Source: Nemertoderma westbladi (lineage: Eukaryota; Animalia; Xenacoelomorpha). Taken from it: 64,000 bases of DNA. Of this stretch, positions 26,662-39,424 are shown piece after piece. How positions within the stretch are numbered: position 1 is the first letter of the stretch; the number at the start of each line of letters is the position of its first letter. Both the position numbers and the translations under genes were made by a program. Location of the stretch: NCBI GenBank assembly GCA_032718475.1, contig JAUCBJ010002638.1, positions 44,154 to 108,153 on the forward strand. The letters run 5' to 3'. The notes under the pieces are model-generated. The model was given only the letters and a program-made list of their open reading frames with translations. It searched no databases and was not told where the DNA came from.

Positions 26662-29600
26662 AGTTAAGTTATTTTTCTACTAGTATTTGAGTTAAGTTAT
26701 TGTTCTACTAGTATTAGAGTTAAGTTATTGTTCTACTAGTATTTGAGTTAAGTTATTGTTCTACTAGTATTTGAGTTAAAGTTATTGTTGTGCTGATATT
26801 TGAGTTCTGTTATTGTTCTACTGGTATTTGAGTTAAGTTATTGTTCTACTAATATTAGAGTTAAGTTATTGTTCTACTAGTATTTGAGTTAAGTTATTGT
26901 TCTACTGGTATTTGAGTTAAGTTGTTTTTCTACTTGTATTTGAGTTAAGTTATTGCTCTACTAGTATTTGAGTTAAGTTATTGTTCTACTGGTATTTGAG
27001 TTAAGTTATTGTTCTACTAGTGTTTGAGTTAAGTTATTGTTCTGCTGATATTTGAGTTAAGTTATTGTTCTACTAGTATTTGAGTTAAGTTATTGTTCTA
27101 TGGTGTTTGAGTTAAGTTGTTTTTGTACTTGTATTTGAGTTAAGTTATTGTTCTACTAGTATTTGAGTTAAGTTATTGTTCTACTGGTATTTGAGTTAAG
27201 TTATTGTTCTACTAGTGTTTGAGTTACGTTATTGTTCTACTAGTATTTGAGTTAAGTTATTGTTCTACTAATATTAGAGTTAAGTTATTGTTCTACTGGT
27301 ATTAGAGCTAAGTTATTGTTCTACTAATATTAGAGTTAAGTTATTGTTCTACTAATATTAGAGTTAAGTTGTTTTTTTACTTGTATTTGAGTTAAAGTTA
27401 TTGTTGTGCTGATATTTGAGTTCTGTTATTGTTCTACTGGTATTTGAGTTAAGTTATTGTTCTACTAGTGTTTGAGTTACGTTATTGTTCTACTAGTATT
27501 AGAGTTAAGTTATTGTTCTACTAGTATTTGAGTTAAAGTTATTGTTCTACTAGTATTTGAGTTAAAGTTATTGTTGTGCTGATATTTGAGTTCTGTTATT
27601 GTTCTACTGGTATTTGAGTTAAGTTATTGTTCTACTAGTATTTGAGTTAAGTTATTGTTCTACTGGTATTTGAGTTAAGTTGTTTTTCTACTTGTATTTG
27701 AGTTAAGTTATTGCTCTACTAGTATTTGAGTTAAGTTATTGTTCTACTGGTATTTGAGTTAAGTTATTGTTCTACTAGTGTTTGAGTTAAGTTATTGTTT
27801 TGCTGATATTTGAGTTAAGTTATTGTTCTACTAGTATTTGAGTTAAGTTATTGTTCTATGGTGTTTGAGTTAAGTTGTTTTTCTACTTGTATTTGAGTTA
27901 AGTTATTGTTCTACTAGTATTTGAGTTAAGTTATTGTTCTACTGGTATTTGAGTTAAGTTATTGTTCTACTAGTGTTTGAGTTAAGTTATTGTTCTACTA
28001 ATATTAGAGTTAAGTTATTGTTCTACTAGTATTTGAGTTAAGTTATTGTTCTACTGGTATTTGAGTTAAGTTATTGTTCTACTAGTGTTTGAGTTAAGTT
28101 ATTGTTCTGCTGATATTTGAGTTAAGTTATTGTTCTACTAGTATTTGAGTTAAGTTATTGTTCTACTGGTGTTTGAGTTAAGTTGTTTTTCTACTTGTAT
28201 TTGAGTTAAGTTATTGTTCTACTAGTATTTGAGTTAAGTTATTGTTCTACTAATATTAGAGCTAAGTTATTGTTCTGCTGATATTTGAGTTAAGTTATTG
28301 TTCTACTAGTATTTGAGTTAAGTTATTGTTCTACTGGTGTTTGAGTTAAGTTGTTTTTCTACTTGTATTTGAGTTAAGTTATTGTTCTACTAGTGTTTGA
28401 GTTAAGTTATTGTTCTGCTGATATTTGAGTTAAGTTATTGTTCTACTAGTATTTGAGTTAAGTTATTGTTCTACTGGTATTTGAGTTAAGTTATTGTTCT
28501 ACTAGTATTTGAGTTAAGTTATTGTTCTAATAATATTGTTCTAAACTAATAATTGAGTTAAGTTATTGTTCTACTAGTGTTTGAGTTAAGTTATTGTTCT
28601 ACTTGTATTTGAGTTAAGTTATTGTTCTACTAATAATTGAGTTACGTTATTGTTCGACTAATATTTGAGTTAAGTTATTGTTCTACTAATATTAGAGTTA
28701 AGTTATTGTTCTACTAGTGTTTGAGTTAAGTTATTGTTCTACTAATATTAGAGTTAAGTTATTGGTCTAATAATATTGTTCTAAACTAATAATTGAGTTA
28801 AGTTATTGTTCTACTAGTGTTTGAGTTAAGTTATTGTTCTACTTGTATTTGAGTTAAGTTATTGTTCTACTAGTATTTGAGTTAAGTTATTGTTCTACTG
28901 GTATTTGAGTTAAGTTATTGTTCTACTAGTATTTGAGTTAAGTTATTGTTCTAATAATATTGTTCTAAACTAATAATTGAGTTAAGTTATTGTTCTACTA
29001 GTGTTTGAGTTAAGTTATTGTTCTACTTGTATTTGAGTTAAGTTATTGTTCTACTGGTATTTGAGTTAAGTTATTGTTCTACTAATAATTGAGTTACGTT
29101 ATTGTTCGACTAATATTTGAGTTAAGTTATTGTTCTACTAATATTAGAGTTAAGTTATTGTTCTAATAATATTGTTCTAAACTAATAATTGAGTTAAGTT
29201 ATTGTTCTACTGGTATTTGAGTTAAGTTATTGTTCTACTAATATTTGAGTTAAGTTATTGTTCTACTGGTATTTGAGTTAAGTTATTGTTCTACTAGTGT
29301 TTGAGTTAAGTTATTGTTCTACTGGTATTTGAGTTAAGTTATTGTTCTACTAATAATTGAGTTAAGTTATTGTTCTACTAATAATTGAGTTAAGTTATTG
29401 TTCTACTAATAATTGAGTTAAGTTATTGTTCGACTAGTATTTGAGTTAAGTTATTGTTCTACTGGTATTTGAGTTAAGTTATTGTTCTACTAATAATTGA
29501 AAGTTATTGTTCTACTAGTGTTTGAGTTAAGTTATTGTTCTACTTGTATTTGAGTTAAGTTATTGTTCTACTAGTATTTGAGTTAAGTTATTGTTCTACT

Positions 29601-30244
29601 GGTATTTGAGTTAAGTTATTGTTCTACTAGTGTTTGAGTTAAGTTATTGTTCTACTGGTATTTGAGTTAAGTTATTGTTCTACTAGTGTTTGAGTTAAGT
29701 TATTGTTCTACTGGTATTTGAGTTAAGTAATTGTTCTACTAATAATTGAGTTAAGTTATTGTTCTACTAATAATTGAGTTAAGTTATTGTTCGACTAATA
29801 TTTTGAGTTAAGTTATTGTTCTACTAATATTAGAGTTAAGTTATTGTTCTACTAGTGTTTGAGTTAAGTTATTGTTCTGCTGATATTTGAGTTAAGTTAT
29901 TGTTCTACTAGTATTTGGGTTAAGTTATTGTTCTACTGGTATTTGAGTTAAGTTGTTTTTCTACTGGTATTTGAGTTAAGTTATTTTTTCTACTAATAAT
30001 TGAGTTAAGTTATTGTTCTACTGGTATTTGAGTTAAGTTATTGTTCTACTTGTATTTGAGTTAAGTTATTGTTCTACTAATACTTGAGTTAAGTATTTGT
30101 TCTACTGGTATTTGAGTTAAGTTATTGTTCTACTAATATTTGAGTTAAGGTATTATTCTACTGGTATTTGAGTTAAGTTATTGTTCTACTAATATTTGAG
30201 TTAAGTTATTGTTATACTGGTATTTGAGTTAAGTTATTGTTCTC
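26662..30244. repeat. 28-bp satellite array, block 3 (more diverged towards the end)
   Basis: Same monomer with additional variants (taataatt, ctaataatattgttctaaac, ttcgact). Confidence 0.99.
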
Positions 30245-30485
30245 CAGTATATCAGATAAGACTACAACTATTACAAAATCCATCACAAGTTAATAATAAC
30301 AATAATATTATTAATAATAATAATAATAATATAATAGGCCATATTAATAAATAATGCCCGAAATTCTTCTACCGGTAAATTTCTTAGATTAGGCCTATGA
30401 TATAGGGCTTGGGTTAAATGATACCTATTACAGACCGGGTCGCGAGCTGTTGTCCATAGATTGTTAATTAACTATTATATATTAC

Positions 30486-31178
30486 CTCGTATGCTTGGTA
30501 ACATTGCTGCGGGAAGGCGGGAAACTCAAACCCTTGTTCTAGAATCCTCTTTGCCGCGGCGACCAATCGCGGTAGAGAAACCACCACCATTAGGAAGGGG
30601 ATCTGCTTGTTACCGTGGTAACCGTATATACTCTCGCGCATAAGTAGTTTGACTTCTAGAACGGCGTGTTGGACACCTTCCTTGTTGGAACGTAGGTCGG
30701 ACATTAGGGATTTATCGAGAGCGTCACGGAAAGTTCCACAATGACTAGCGAGGAACCCCGGTGGGGAGGGAACGTAGAGATACGGGGTGAACCCGTGGAC
30801 GTTACAGCAGACAGAGTTACCTGAGTCGGTGACCCCGAACATTCGGATAATCGGGACCTTACCGGTAGACAGTCCCGGCATCCCAGCAAGGTAGGGGCCC
30901 ATGTAGAAGTCGATATCGAACTGCTGGAAGATGAGGGAGTCCTCGAGTGGGACCAAGTGCTCGACGTCGGGGCGGGAGTGGTTGGTCGTGGTTGAACAAC
31001 GAGATTCCGGTCTGGATCCGCCGGATTCAACCTGCTCCAGGGACGCTAACTCCTCCTCGAAGCTCGACGGGTTGGCATCTTTCGCACCGTTTCGCGGTTT
31101 CTTTGCGTCTGAGTTGTTCCCAACAATCCCCGACGCCGCTCGTTTTACGCCCAATAATTTATTCGCCGCCACATCCAT
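30486..31178 (-). CDS. POLD1: DNA polymerase delta catalytic subunit, coding exon 1 (N-terminal domain)
   Basis: SSFEEELA, FQQFDID, PIIRMFGVTDSGNSVCCNVHGFTPYLY, ESIYGY. Ends YQAYE with donor GTAATA at 30485, joining in phase 0 to ADINFEIRF of exon 2, which matches the conserved YEANVDFEIRF of POLD1. Confidence 0.96.
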
Positions 31179-31316
31179 CGTTCCTATGCCTGTCTGCTGC
31201 TCTGAACTTTTTTTGTTCAGTTTAGTTATAAGTTGTAGGTTGTAGCTAATCGGTTTAATTGGGCTTCTTGTTCGATTGTAAAACTGTCAACTGTTGTCAG
31301 GTTGTAGCTATAGGCT

Positions 31317-31897
31317 GGGTGACAGACCGAACGTAATCAGGATCGAATGTAACATGGTTTTTACGAATCGAACGTAACCTAAATTATGTTACATTGGATC
31401 CTATAACTATGTTACATTCGATCTACAAATTACTAAGCTCGAATGTAACATACATTTATTTCAGTTGTTTTTTGATTTCAGGAGTTAACCGATGAAATGC
31501 TTCGTTTATTTACAGGAAGAAACAGTTTGGTGTTGGTGAGTACAAGACACAATTAAGTGACCTGCAATCTTGTATTGTAGCATAACATGTATTAACTTTC
31601 GTTTATTGTTTTGGTTCCCCCAACACGCCTCTGTAACCTGCTCCTTTCAGCCTTTAAATAAAAGTAACCTGCATAATCTTGTAACATCTGTTAACTTTCG
31701 TTTATTGTTTTGGTTCCCCCAACGCGCCTCTGTAACCTGCTCCTTTAAATTGGTAAATGGCAATGTTACATTCGAGCTTAGTAATTTGTAGATCGAATGT
31801 AACATAGTTATAGGATCCAATGTAACATAGTTGCAGTTACGTTCGATACGAAATAACTATGTTACATTCGATCCTGATTACGTTCGGTCATGTATCC
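31317..31897. mobile_element. Non-autonomous DNA transposon (MITE), Mutator/MULE-like
   Basis: About 135-bp terminal inverted repeats (31317-31451 and 31763-31897) built from atgttacattcga subrepeats, with GG...CC ends. 9-bp target duplication CTATAGGCT at 31308-31316 and 31898-31906. Internal ~55-bp direct repeat at 31592 and 31691. Confidence 0.88.
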
Positions 31898-32306
31898 CTA
31901 TAGGCTGATAGGGAGAGCTTGGCTGGTATCTACCTACTGACCTAGTTCAAGTTATGTTAAAATAGAAAACAGACTGAAAGACAGGCAGACAGGAGCTGTG
32001 GTAGTCAGGTAGTGTGGGGTACCGGCAGACCGGTATGGATGGATGGAGATGGAATTCGATCTGATTTCAGTAGCATAGCGTACTAAACTGTACTACAGTA
32101 CTATGTCAATATGTTACAAGCAAGGACAGAAGGACTACTGTAGTAGTCCATTTTCAGTAGTCCTTGGTTACAAGTAAGGACTACAGCACTACAGGACTAC
32201 TGGACTACAGGACTACTACGGTCAGACGGTCTGACGGTACCGTACTGAAGTCTGAGAAAATCTCAAAAAGTCTGGTCCATAGGCCGAAAATCCGCTCCGT
32301 GCTTGG

Positions 32307-32348
32307 ATTGGCCAATGAATTATATACAAGCCAATCTTCCAATCCAAT
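32307..32348. promoter_or_regulatory. Cluster of CCAAT/ATTGG boxes, candidate POLD1 promoter element
   Basis: Five CCAAT/ATTGG pentamers in 42 bp, about 1.1 kb upstream of the POLD1 ATG. NF-Y boxes are typical of cell-cycle promoters; function here is inferred only. Confidence 0.3.
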
Positions 32349-33724
32349 GATACAAAGCTTGTCGCTTTATGGCATGGCTGCATGGGCATTGGGCAACACA
32401 CAGAGTGCTAAATGGTTGTAGCTCCACATTTTCGCTTTTATGACACATGTCGTGTAAATACTGTATCACAATCCCTGACTCTTTACTGATTTGACTTATT
32501 TTTACAAGAATTGCACCCCTGCGTGATTGTGCCCTGGGGAATATTCCCCCTTCAACCCCATCATCGCTACGCCTCTGGTAGGTTCCATTGTCATTGGACG
32601 TTTAAGGCTATCATTACAGGAAATTAATATTACACAGGCGATTAATGCTGTATGAAAGGATTCGAATAATGTAAAAAAATTAACTCGAATAACTGAAAAA
32701 AAAATGTACTACTGTACATACAGCTAACTAATTAAAGTGTAACTTTATATTACTTCAAAATTATGGCTGTAAAAATCGTCAGACATTTTGTGTTTGTATG
32801 TCGGCGTGACGCTGCGCTAGGCCGACCCAAATAACAGCTGATTAAACTGTATAATGCAATACTGGTAATTAAACAGTAGGCCTATTCATTGCTACAGTAT
32901 TATTTACTTTTACTATTTATTACTATATTCAAGAAGATCGTGTTATCTGTTAACTTCTAACATACTGTACTAACATACAGTAAGTGTGATAATGAATATT
33001 TTAATCTGGCTGGAAGGCTGGAGCCACTTTCGCAGAATGCTACGATGATAGTCTTAAAGAATCCAATGAAATTTACTGTAGGCCTACTGTATACTTGTAT
33101 TAATAAATATTTATTTAATACCGGTCTGGGATTGGTTGAAGTACTGTAGAATTTATTGCGAGGCCCACAACTCGCCGGTGTCACAGCATATTTCGCCCCC
33201 CGAAGATTATGCCCCCCCCCCCCCCCCCCCCGGATAAAATATAATAAAATTTGTATAGAAAATAATATCTTTTTTTTGAGCTTTTATTATAGCTTTTTTA
33301 AGCTTTTTTTAGCTTTTTTTAAGCTTTTTTTTAGCTTTTTTCAAGCTTGTTACGCCTTTTCTAACGTTCAGTTAAAATTAAGTAAATCAATCAATCCGGA
33401 ATGATGCCCCGGTGGCTTTAATGATATTCAATTTTGTAAATTATATTATTTTTAGCACACAACTAAGAACTAACTACAGTACTACTAACAGTACTACAGT
33501 ACACTATTTTTAGATAGGTTAATGCGAATATGTTATTTTTTCCGGGATTGGTTGGTAACAACTACATAATACTACTACAGTACTGCATTGCATATAGTCA
33601 GTCAGGGGCGAACAAGCGAACTTATGATACGCCCATGAAAGACATGAAATAATTATCTTAATAGTTCGTACCGAACGGTACGGTAATTTGAAAATAATAA
33701 TAATGTAGAGTCTGTGACCCTCAG

Positions 33725-35290
33725 AGATCAAATATTTATTCTGTCAACAAAAATGAAAGATAATATAATTGTAATTGTTAGCAACGAAATGTTGTAACCT
33801 CAAAACAAGTAAAACCGTTTAAAACTATGTATTGCTATTGTGATTTAGAAATGCTGTTATTGTACGATTATGATATAATTTTTGATCGACATCCTGAACA
33901 TGTTAGCAGATCCCTTGAAGTGTTAAGATCAAATGGTAGATCATTCCATAGTGAAAGGCCCATATAGAAAAGGTTAGCTCTGGAGTAGTTAGTTCTCAGA
34001 GTCGGTAGTCTGTAATCATTTTGGCGTCTAGTGTGTCTGCCATGAATATTTATATTGCAAATCATTTTCAGTTTCAGTTGCGGTGGTAATAACGAGTATC
34101 CCATATTAAGTTTGTATATGAGCTTTATATTTTGGAGTTTACATAGCGAATTCAGAGTCAATAATTTTAAATCTGAGAATAGTGGTGCAGTGTGGTATCT
34201 GTAAGGCTTTAGGCATATGACCCTAATTGCGCTCTTTTGCAATTTAAATAATTTTCCAAGGTTTTTTGTGTTGTTAGTATTACAGTTGCCCCAGATACTC
34301 AATGCATATGTAATGTAAGATATGGCTCAATTAAGGTATTATATAACGTTTTACGGATTTGAAATGGGATAAAGTGCTTAATTTTATTAATTACGTTGAT
34401 GTTTTTTGCAATTTTTACACGAATGGTATCAATATGAAAGTTCCAAGTTAAGTTAGCAGAAAAGTGTACACCAAGGAATTTAAGTTAGCAGAAAAGTGTA
34501 CACCAAGGAATTTAAGTTAGCAGAAAAGTGTACACCAAGGAATTTGATGTTCTCCGTTTTTGAAATATAATTGTTTCCAATAGATATAGGGTAGTTTAAA
34601 TTTTGGGTATTACAGCGCAGCTTAAATATCATATATTTTGTTTTCTTGATATTCAAGGATAGTTTGTTAATACTCAACCATTCGTATATATGTGAAATTT
34701 CACCATTTAAAGTATTTACAACCTGATCTATGTTCTTCCCAGAAATAAATAGATTGGTATCATCAGCAAATATAATAAATTTAAGAATTTCGGAGCAATT
34801 AACAATATCATTAATATATAATAAGAACATTAGTGGCCCCAGTATGGACCCCTGGGGTACGCCACACTTAATTTCTAGAGGGCTAGAAAGTGTTCCACCG
34901 AGGTCAACATATTGATACCTACAATGGAGATAACTTTCAAACCATTTTAACGGCATGCCACGTATGCCATAGTATTCTAGTTTTTTTAGAAGAATGGAAT
35001 GATTTACTGTATCAAAGGCTTTGCTAAAGTCCAGGAATATCCCTATTGTGATATCTTTATTTTGTACAGCATCAGATAGATTTGACTGAAGAAGGGTGAG
35101 GGCGGTAATTGTAGATTTTTTAGGTTGAAATCCAAATTGATCGTCTGTTATAACTTTGTTATCGGCCAAAAATTTCATCATTTGTAAACTAACTGATTTT
35201 TCTAGAATTTTTGAAAATAGGGGTAGAATGCTGATTGGACGATAGTTACCAAACTGATTGTCTTCACCATTTTTATAAATTGGTACAACA
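33725..35290 (-). mobile_element. 5'-truncated non-LTR retrotransposon (CR1/L2-group LINE): RT, C-terminal region and 3' UTR, degenerate
   Basis: NYRPISIL, QFGF, FLDFSKAFDTVNH, GVPQGSILGP, FADDT, KFLGV, LQKSAIRVI..HTAPLF. AATAAA near 33736-33741 on the minus strand. The 3' boundary is approximate. Confidence 0.9.
34449..34545. repeat. Exact 32-bp triplication that frameshifts the LINE ORF
   Basis: taagttagcagaaaagtgtacaccaaggaatt starts at 34449, 34481 and 34513. Confidence 0.95.
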
Positions 35291-35768
35291 TTTAATTTGA
35301 GATATAATTTAATTTAAGATATAATATGAATGTTCTAGAATTAGATAATTATGATATTCTACCCAGCTTTTTTTCAAGCTTTATTATAAGCTTTTTTTGG
35401 AGCTTTATTCTATATTTGAGGTTTTAACATTCCAAAATTCTCAGATTCATATTGAAGCAATGAATTTCTAGAAATTGTTTTAACTTAAAAAAAACTGGAA
35501 ATAAGCTAAAAAAAGCAGCGCGGAAACGGGCCTATGTAACTGTGTTTCCAATGTAATTGCATAAGGGTCTATTCTAGAAACTAATTTGTCCGTTCATTAT
35601 TACTTGCTCCCACATATGTTAGTTTCATGTAATTACAAACAAATTAATGTAAAATTATTTAAAGGTAACAATTAAAACTGAATCTTACTTAAGCACAATT
35701 TCTACAGTGGCATAACTTATCATCCCAATCGTTTATTTAAACATATTTAAGTACCGGTAGTTATTCTC

Positions 35769-37297
35769 ATGATGGGAGATCAACCTGGCCCTTCCAGAAA
35801 ACAATCTTCACTGAAGCGACATCTCCCGTGTGGATCAGATAGTGAGAGCGACAACGACTTAGGGCATAAACGTTATATCCCCGGTGGTGATAGCGAAGAT
35901 GAAGTCATTGAGATCTCCAAGGAACCGCCAGATAACGAAGGGTCAACATCAACCCAATGCCCTGATTGGGCAGCGCTCCCACACGAACTTATTTTTAAAT
36001 TGTTAGGCAATTTACCAGAATGCGATCGGTTGTCAGCCGGCGGAACTTGTCACAAATGGAATGAGGCCCAGAAAGATGCGGGGCGTTGGAGAACGAGAGA
36101 TATTACCATCTGTGGAGAACGGCATCACGATAAGAAAGAGATTGAAGTATTTAGACAATACGGAGTTCATATGGAAAAAGTTGAAATCAGTTGCACTGGG
36201 AGACTAAGCAATAGACAACAGATGTTATGGCACCTCAGCCAATCAGTGGATCATCTTAAGGTATCCCAGCTAAAACAATTCAGTCTATTCGGTCTATTAG
36301 GGGGCTTTCAAGGGATGGCTTCCCTCGGTATCTATGACACAACAATATCGCTGTTCTATCAGCATTTAAATGAATTCTTCCGATCACAGAAAGAGTTAGA
36401 AGACGTGACACTAGAAGATTTGCAAGTAAAGCCTTTAATTGAGGGTGTTCGAGTAATAGAAAGTTTGGTGAGACACAACCGCGGATCTTTAAGGAAGATC
36501 AAAATCGATGAATTAATTCATCCATCTGCCGCATCTACTGCGAGTCCCATATCATCTGCTATGGGACCGCTCACTTCATTGAAGGCGTTGATGAACCTGG
36601 ATATCCATTATAACTACTTGAATCCAGATATATTAGAAAGAATTCTGACTAACAGTCCCCATCTAATATTATTGGTACTCCGCCTCTGCCTGACTGGATC
36701 TGATAATGTTCTACCTGTTGCTGATAATAACAACAGCCCGTGGAGAAAAGCCAACCCCGAGCTCTCGGTTCATATGCTGTTCGACTTCGGGACAGTTGAC
36801 GTTCATTCGCTGATTCGCTTGATAAAAGGACGACCTCCTCTGACAAAGTTCAAATTATTTGCAGCTTGGATGGAAACAGTCGACGGCTTATCTATACTAT
36901 TCCGCTATCTACAGTAGGTGATCACATGGACCAATGTCTGAAAGAGTTGGTAATGGACTGCGGGCAGTATGAAGAAATACGTGTTGACTTCGTTTCGATG
37001 GTAAGAGATTGTAAGAAGCTGGAGAGCATCACAATTACGGACATGTCTCTCAAAACGGAAGTTGTAACTGATATCTGTGAGCTGAAGTTCCAGCAAGAAA
37101 TTATTCCAGAATTAAAGAAGTGTCACATCGCCTTCGAGGGTGCGGATAATGGGGTTGAATTGAGTATCCTGAACCGTCAATGGAATGATAAGATAAAAGC
37201 TAGCGGAGTTGATTTCCGTTTCAATCAGTTCGGAGATCCTATGGAGGATACGTCCGACAGTGACCATTCACTGATGGAGATGGAATTAGAAGATTGA
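35769..37297 (+). pseudogene. Intronless F-box/LRR-like gene interrupted by a 5-bp insertion (about 507 aa if repaired)
   Basis: F-box WAALPHELIFKLLGNLPECDRLSAGGTCHKW followed by LxxLxL-type repeats. ORFs 35769-36917 and 36866-37297 fuse in frame (...RYL-GDHMDQCLKEL...) when CAGTA at 36912-36916 is removed. Confidence 0.8.
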
Positions 37298-38017
37298 ATT
37301 CTATGGAGATGGAGATGGAATTAGAAGATTAGAAGATACTGGAGCTGAATGTCTTGGAGGGTTAAATACAAGACACTCACTACTTCACACTCGCCGATTA
37401 CCTAATAATTATTAATCGTGATTATACATGGTATATTCTCAATATATATGTTTATTAATATAACAAGTAACTATAAATAGAGTCCCGTAATATTTTAATT
37501 TGGATACAGCAACACCCCCCCCCCCCCCCCCCACAATCATATTAAAATGACCAATGACCTTGATGGAAGTTACTTGTTTACAATAAAACAATCGGGTTCT
37601 ACTGTAGAAAGTCTTTCAATTTATAAGGAACTATTTGGATCCTTAGGCACCTCAAATTGGGATGTACCACTAAAGTTAGAGACGGGGTAGCGTTACTATT
37701 AATTTCTAGTGCGACTTGGTGTTGTTTCAATACTCGCAGGGCAAGGGAACAGTGCTGGAGTGCAGTGAGTATGAGTAAGGGCAGTTCACGTGGAACATGG
37801 TACGTTATCTGTACTGTCGCACTCATTGGCATAACATCTACTAACAGTAGATAGTAAAGTCATCCCCATTCTCATCCTATTTCCCCTTCCATTACCAACT
37901 TACTAATTTAATTTACCTTTTGTGTGATATCATAAAGTTAATTTATTATTGAAGTCATGAAATACCAATATAAATATTAAATTATATTAAATAGTTTATT
38001 GCAAATAATTAATTTAA

Positions 38018-39424
38018 TTAATAAAAGTCAGCGTTAAACGCCGAAGTGAAATGATTGCCGAAGGTAGTTAGAATAGCGTCGCTATTGGCACCGCTGTTGG
38101 TGATTAAGTGGACGATGTTACGGAGGTTGGAAGGAAGAATAGGACCGGCGACCTCTAGATGGTAGACGAACTTGGAGTCGGCGTGATGGAATGCGTTCCT
38201 GGAGACCGCCTTCAGTCTAGCAACAGTTCCTCCCTGGAAGGGGGCGTTACTGAGCAACGTAGGGGGCACCCCTTCCAACGGCCCCATCGTGTCCCCTGCA
38301 TAGACCAACGGGGTGTTCAACATATAGTTAACCAAACCCGTAACTGGCCCCACCCCTTCGAGTTTTACTGCCGTAGCTTCGCTAGCAATCACATTGCGCG
38401 GTTTAGATTTATCATTCGCGTTTCCTAACTTATTTTTAATTTCTGGAACCACAGAGGAATCCAACCCCATACTGGTCAGCCAGTCCGTCGCTTCACTGCT
38501 GTTCTCAACTTCGTCGTCAATAGAATCCTTACTGGTATCCAAAACTTTGTCGTCTTCTTCCTTACTGACTTCTATGAACACGATCCCCTGTTTGCTGAGT
38601 ATTTGGCGGAAACCGATGGTCGTCGGAACAACAAACGCCTCTAATTGTCCGGCAGATCGGAATAGTACAGTGAACGCGGGACAGCAGACGTAGAAGAATC
38701 CGCCGTTGAGTTTCAGTAACGTCACCAACGATATCAACGACGATTTCCAGCCTGTCTGCAGCCCCACTCGACAGTTCTCGTTCAACTTGCCGCCAGGTTC
38801 CCGGAGTTTATCCGACTTGAGTAATCGGGGGTAAACCTCCAACCAGGGTAGACTCGGGTAAACCCAGTAGAACAGGTTCGATTGGAACACGGCGTCCGTG
38901 TCTGCGGAACCCCTACGCGACCAGAGGGTCAGACCTCGGGCCAGCGTGCGGTCATTAGTGACGCCCCCTAACGGAAACGGGTTGCTACTAGTAACTCGCA
39001 ACTTAGAGACCAAACTCCACTCGTTGACTAAATCTACTGATTTTTCGATGGATTCCTTGTTTCCATGGTGCCCGAGTTTAGATTCCGCAATTATTCCCGC
39101 GATATCTACTACAACTCCATCTTCCATCTCCTCTGCAGCGCTGCTCCTATCCGATACTAACCCACTCGACGTCTCCAGGGTTCCCGGTTTCCTAAACGGA
39201 TTTAATTTCGCGTGGTTCTCGTTTATCTGTTTGGCGACTTTCGATGGTTTATCAGCCCCCCGCGCCGAATGGCTGCGGATTTTGCGTCCGAGCGCGAGGT
39301 CGGAATTTCGCTCGGATTCCGAAGGGCCCGCCGGAGGTAATTCGCTACATATTCGCCGACGCTTCCTAAGGGCCAGTCCTCGGGGTTTGGCCCAATTCCG
39401 AGTTGGAGAAAATACGTCGTCCAT
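38018..39424 (-). CDS. DONSON: DONSON / humpty-dumpty replisome assembly factor, intronless CDS, 468 aa from the first ATG
   Basis: NPFRK, WSLVSKLRVTSSNPF, FQSNLFYWVYPSLPWL, FFYVCCPAFTVLFR, PTTIGFRQIL, WLTSMG, PPTLLSNAPFQGGT, LEVAGPILP. Confidence 0.92.
   Translation of the reverse strand: MDDVFSPTRNWAKPRGLALRKRRRICSELPPAGPSESERNSDLALGRKIRSHSARGADKPSKVAKQINENHAKLNPFRKPGTLETSSGLVSDRSSAAEEMEDGVVVDIAGIIAESKLGHHGNKESIEKSVDLVNEWSLVSKLRVTSSNPFPLGGVTNDRTLARGLTLWSRRGSADTDAVFQSNLFYWVYPSLPWLEVYPRLLKSDKLREPGGKLNENCRVGLQTGWKSSLISLVTLLKLNGGFFYVCCPAFTVLFRSAGQLEAFVVPTTIGFRQILSKQGIVFIEVSKEEDDKVLDTSKDSIDDEVENSSEATDWLTSMGLDSSVVPEIKNKLGNANDKSKPRNVIASEATAVKLEGVGPVTGLVNYMLNTPLVYAGDTMGPLEGVPPTLLSNAPFQGGTVARLKAVSRNAFHHADSKFVYHLEVAGPILPSNLRNIVHLITNSGANSDAILTTFGNHFTSAFNADFY

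Noticed and set aside
19893-26683. BEL ORFs as an active element or a domesticated gene
   Set aside because: Truncated at both ends, a shared frameshift near 20570/24633, a further frameshift in copy 2, an incomplete integrase triad and no LTRs.
5912-30244. 28-bp repeats as a CRISPR array, with BEL pieces as spacers
   Set aside because: Monomers are head-to-tail with no unique spacers, there are no cas genes, and the context is a spliceosomal intron of a eukaryotic gene.
30860-30867. TACCGGTA inside POLD1 exon 1 as a footprint
   Set aside because: It is in-frame coding sequence (STGK) with no sign of disruption, so it was treated as coincidence and not counted.
2416-31178. Family B polymerase as a viral or Polinton/Maverick gene
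   Set aside because: It has the POLD1-specific N-terminal domain, CysA/CysB and GT-AG introns, with no capsid, ATPase or terminal-protein features.
37273-37331. Short duplication of atggagatggaattagaagatt at the F-box stop codon
   Set aside because: A small local tandem duplication with no evident consequence.
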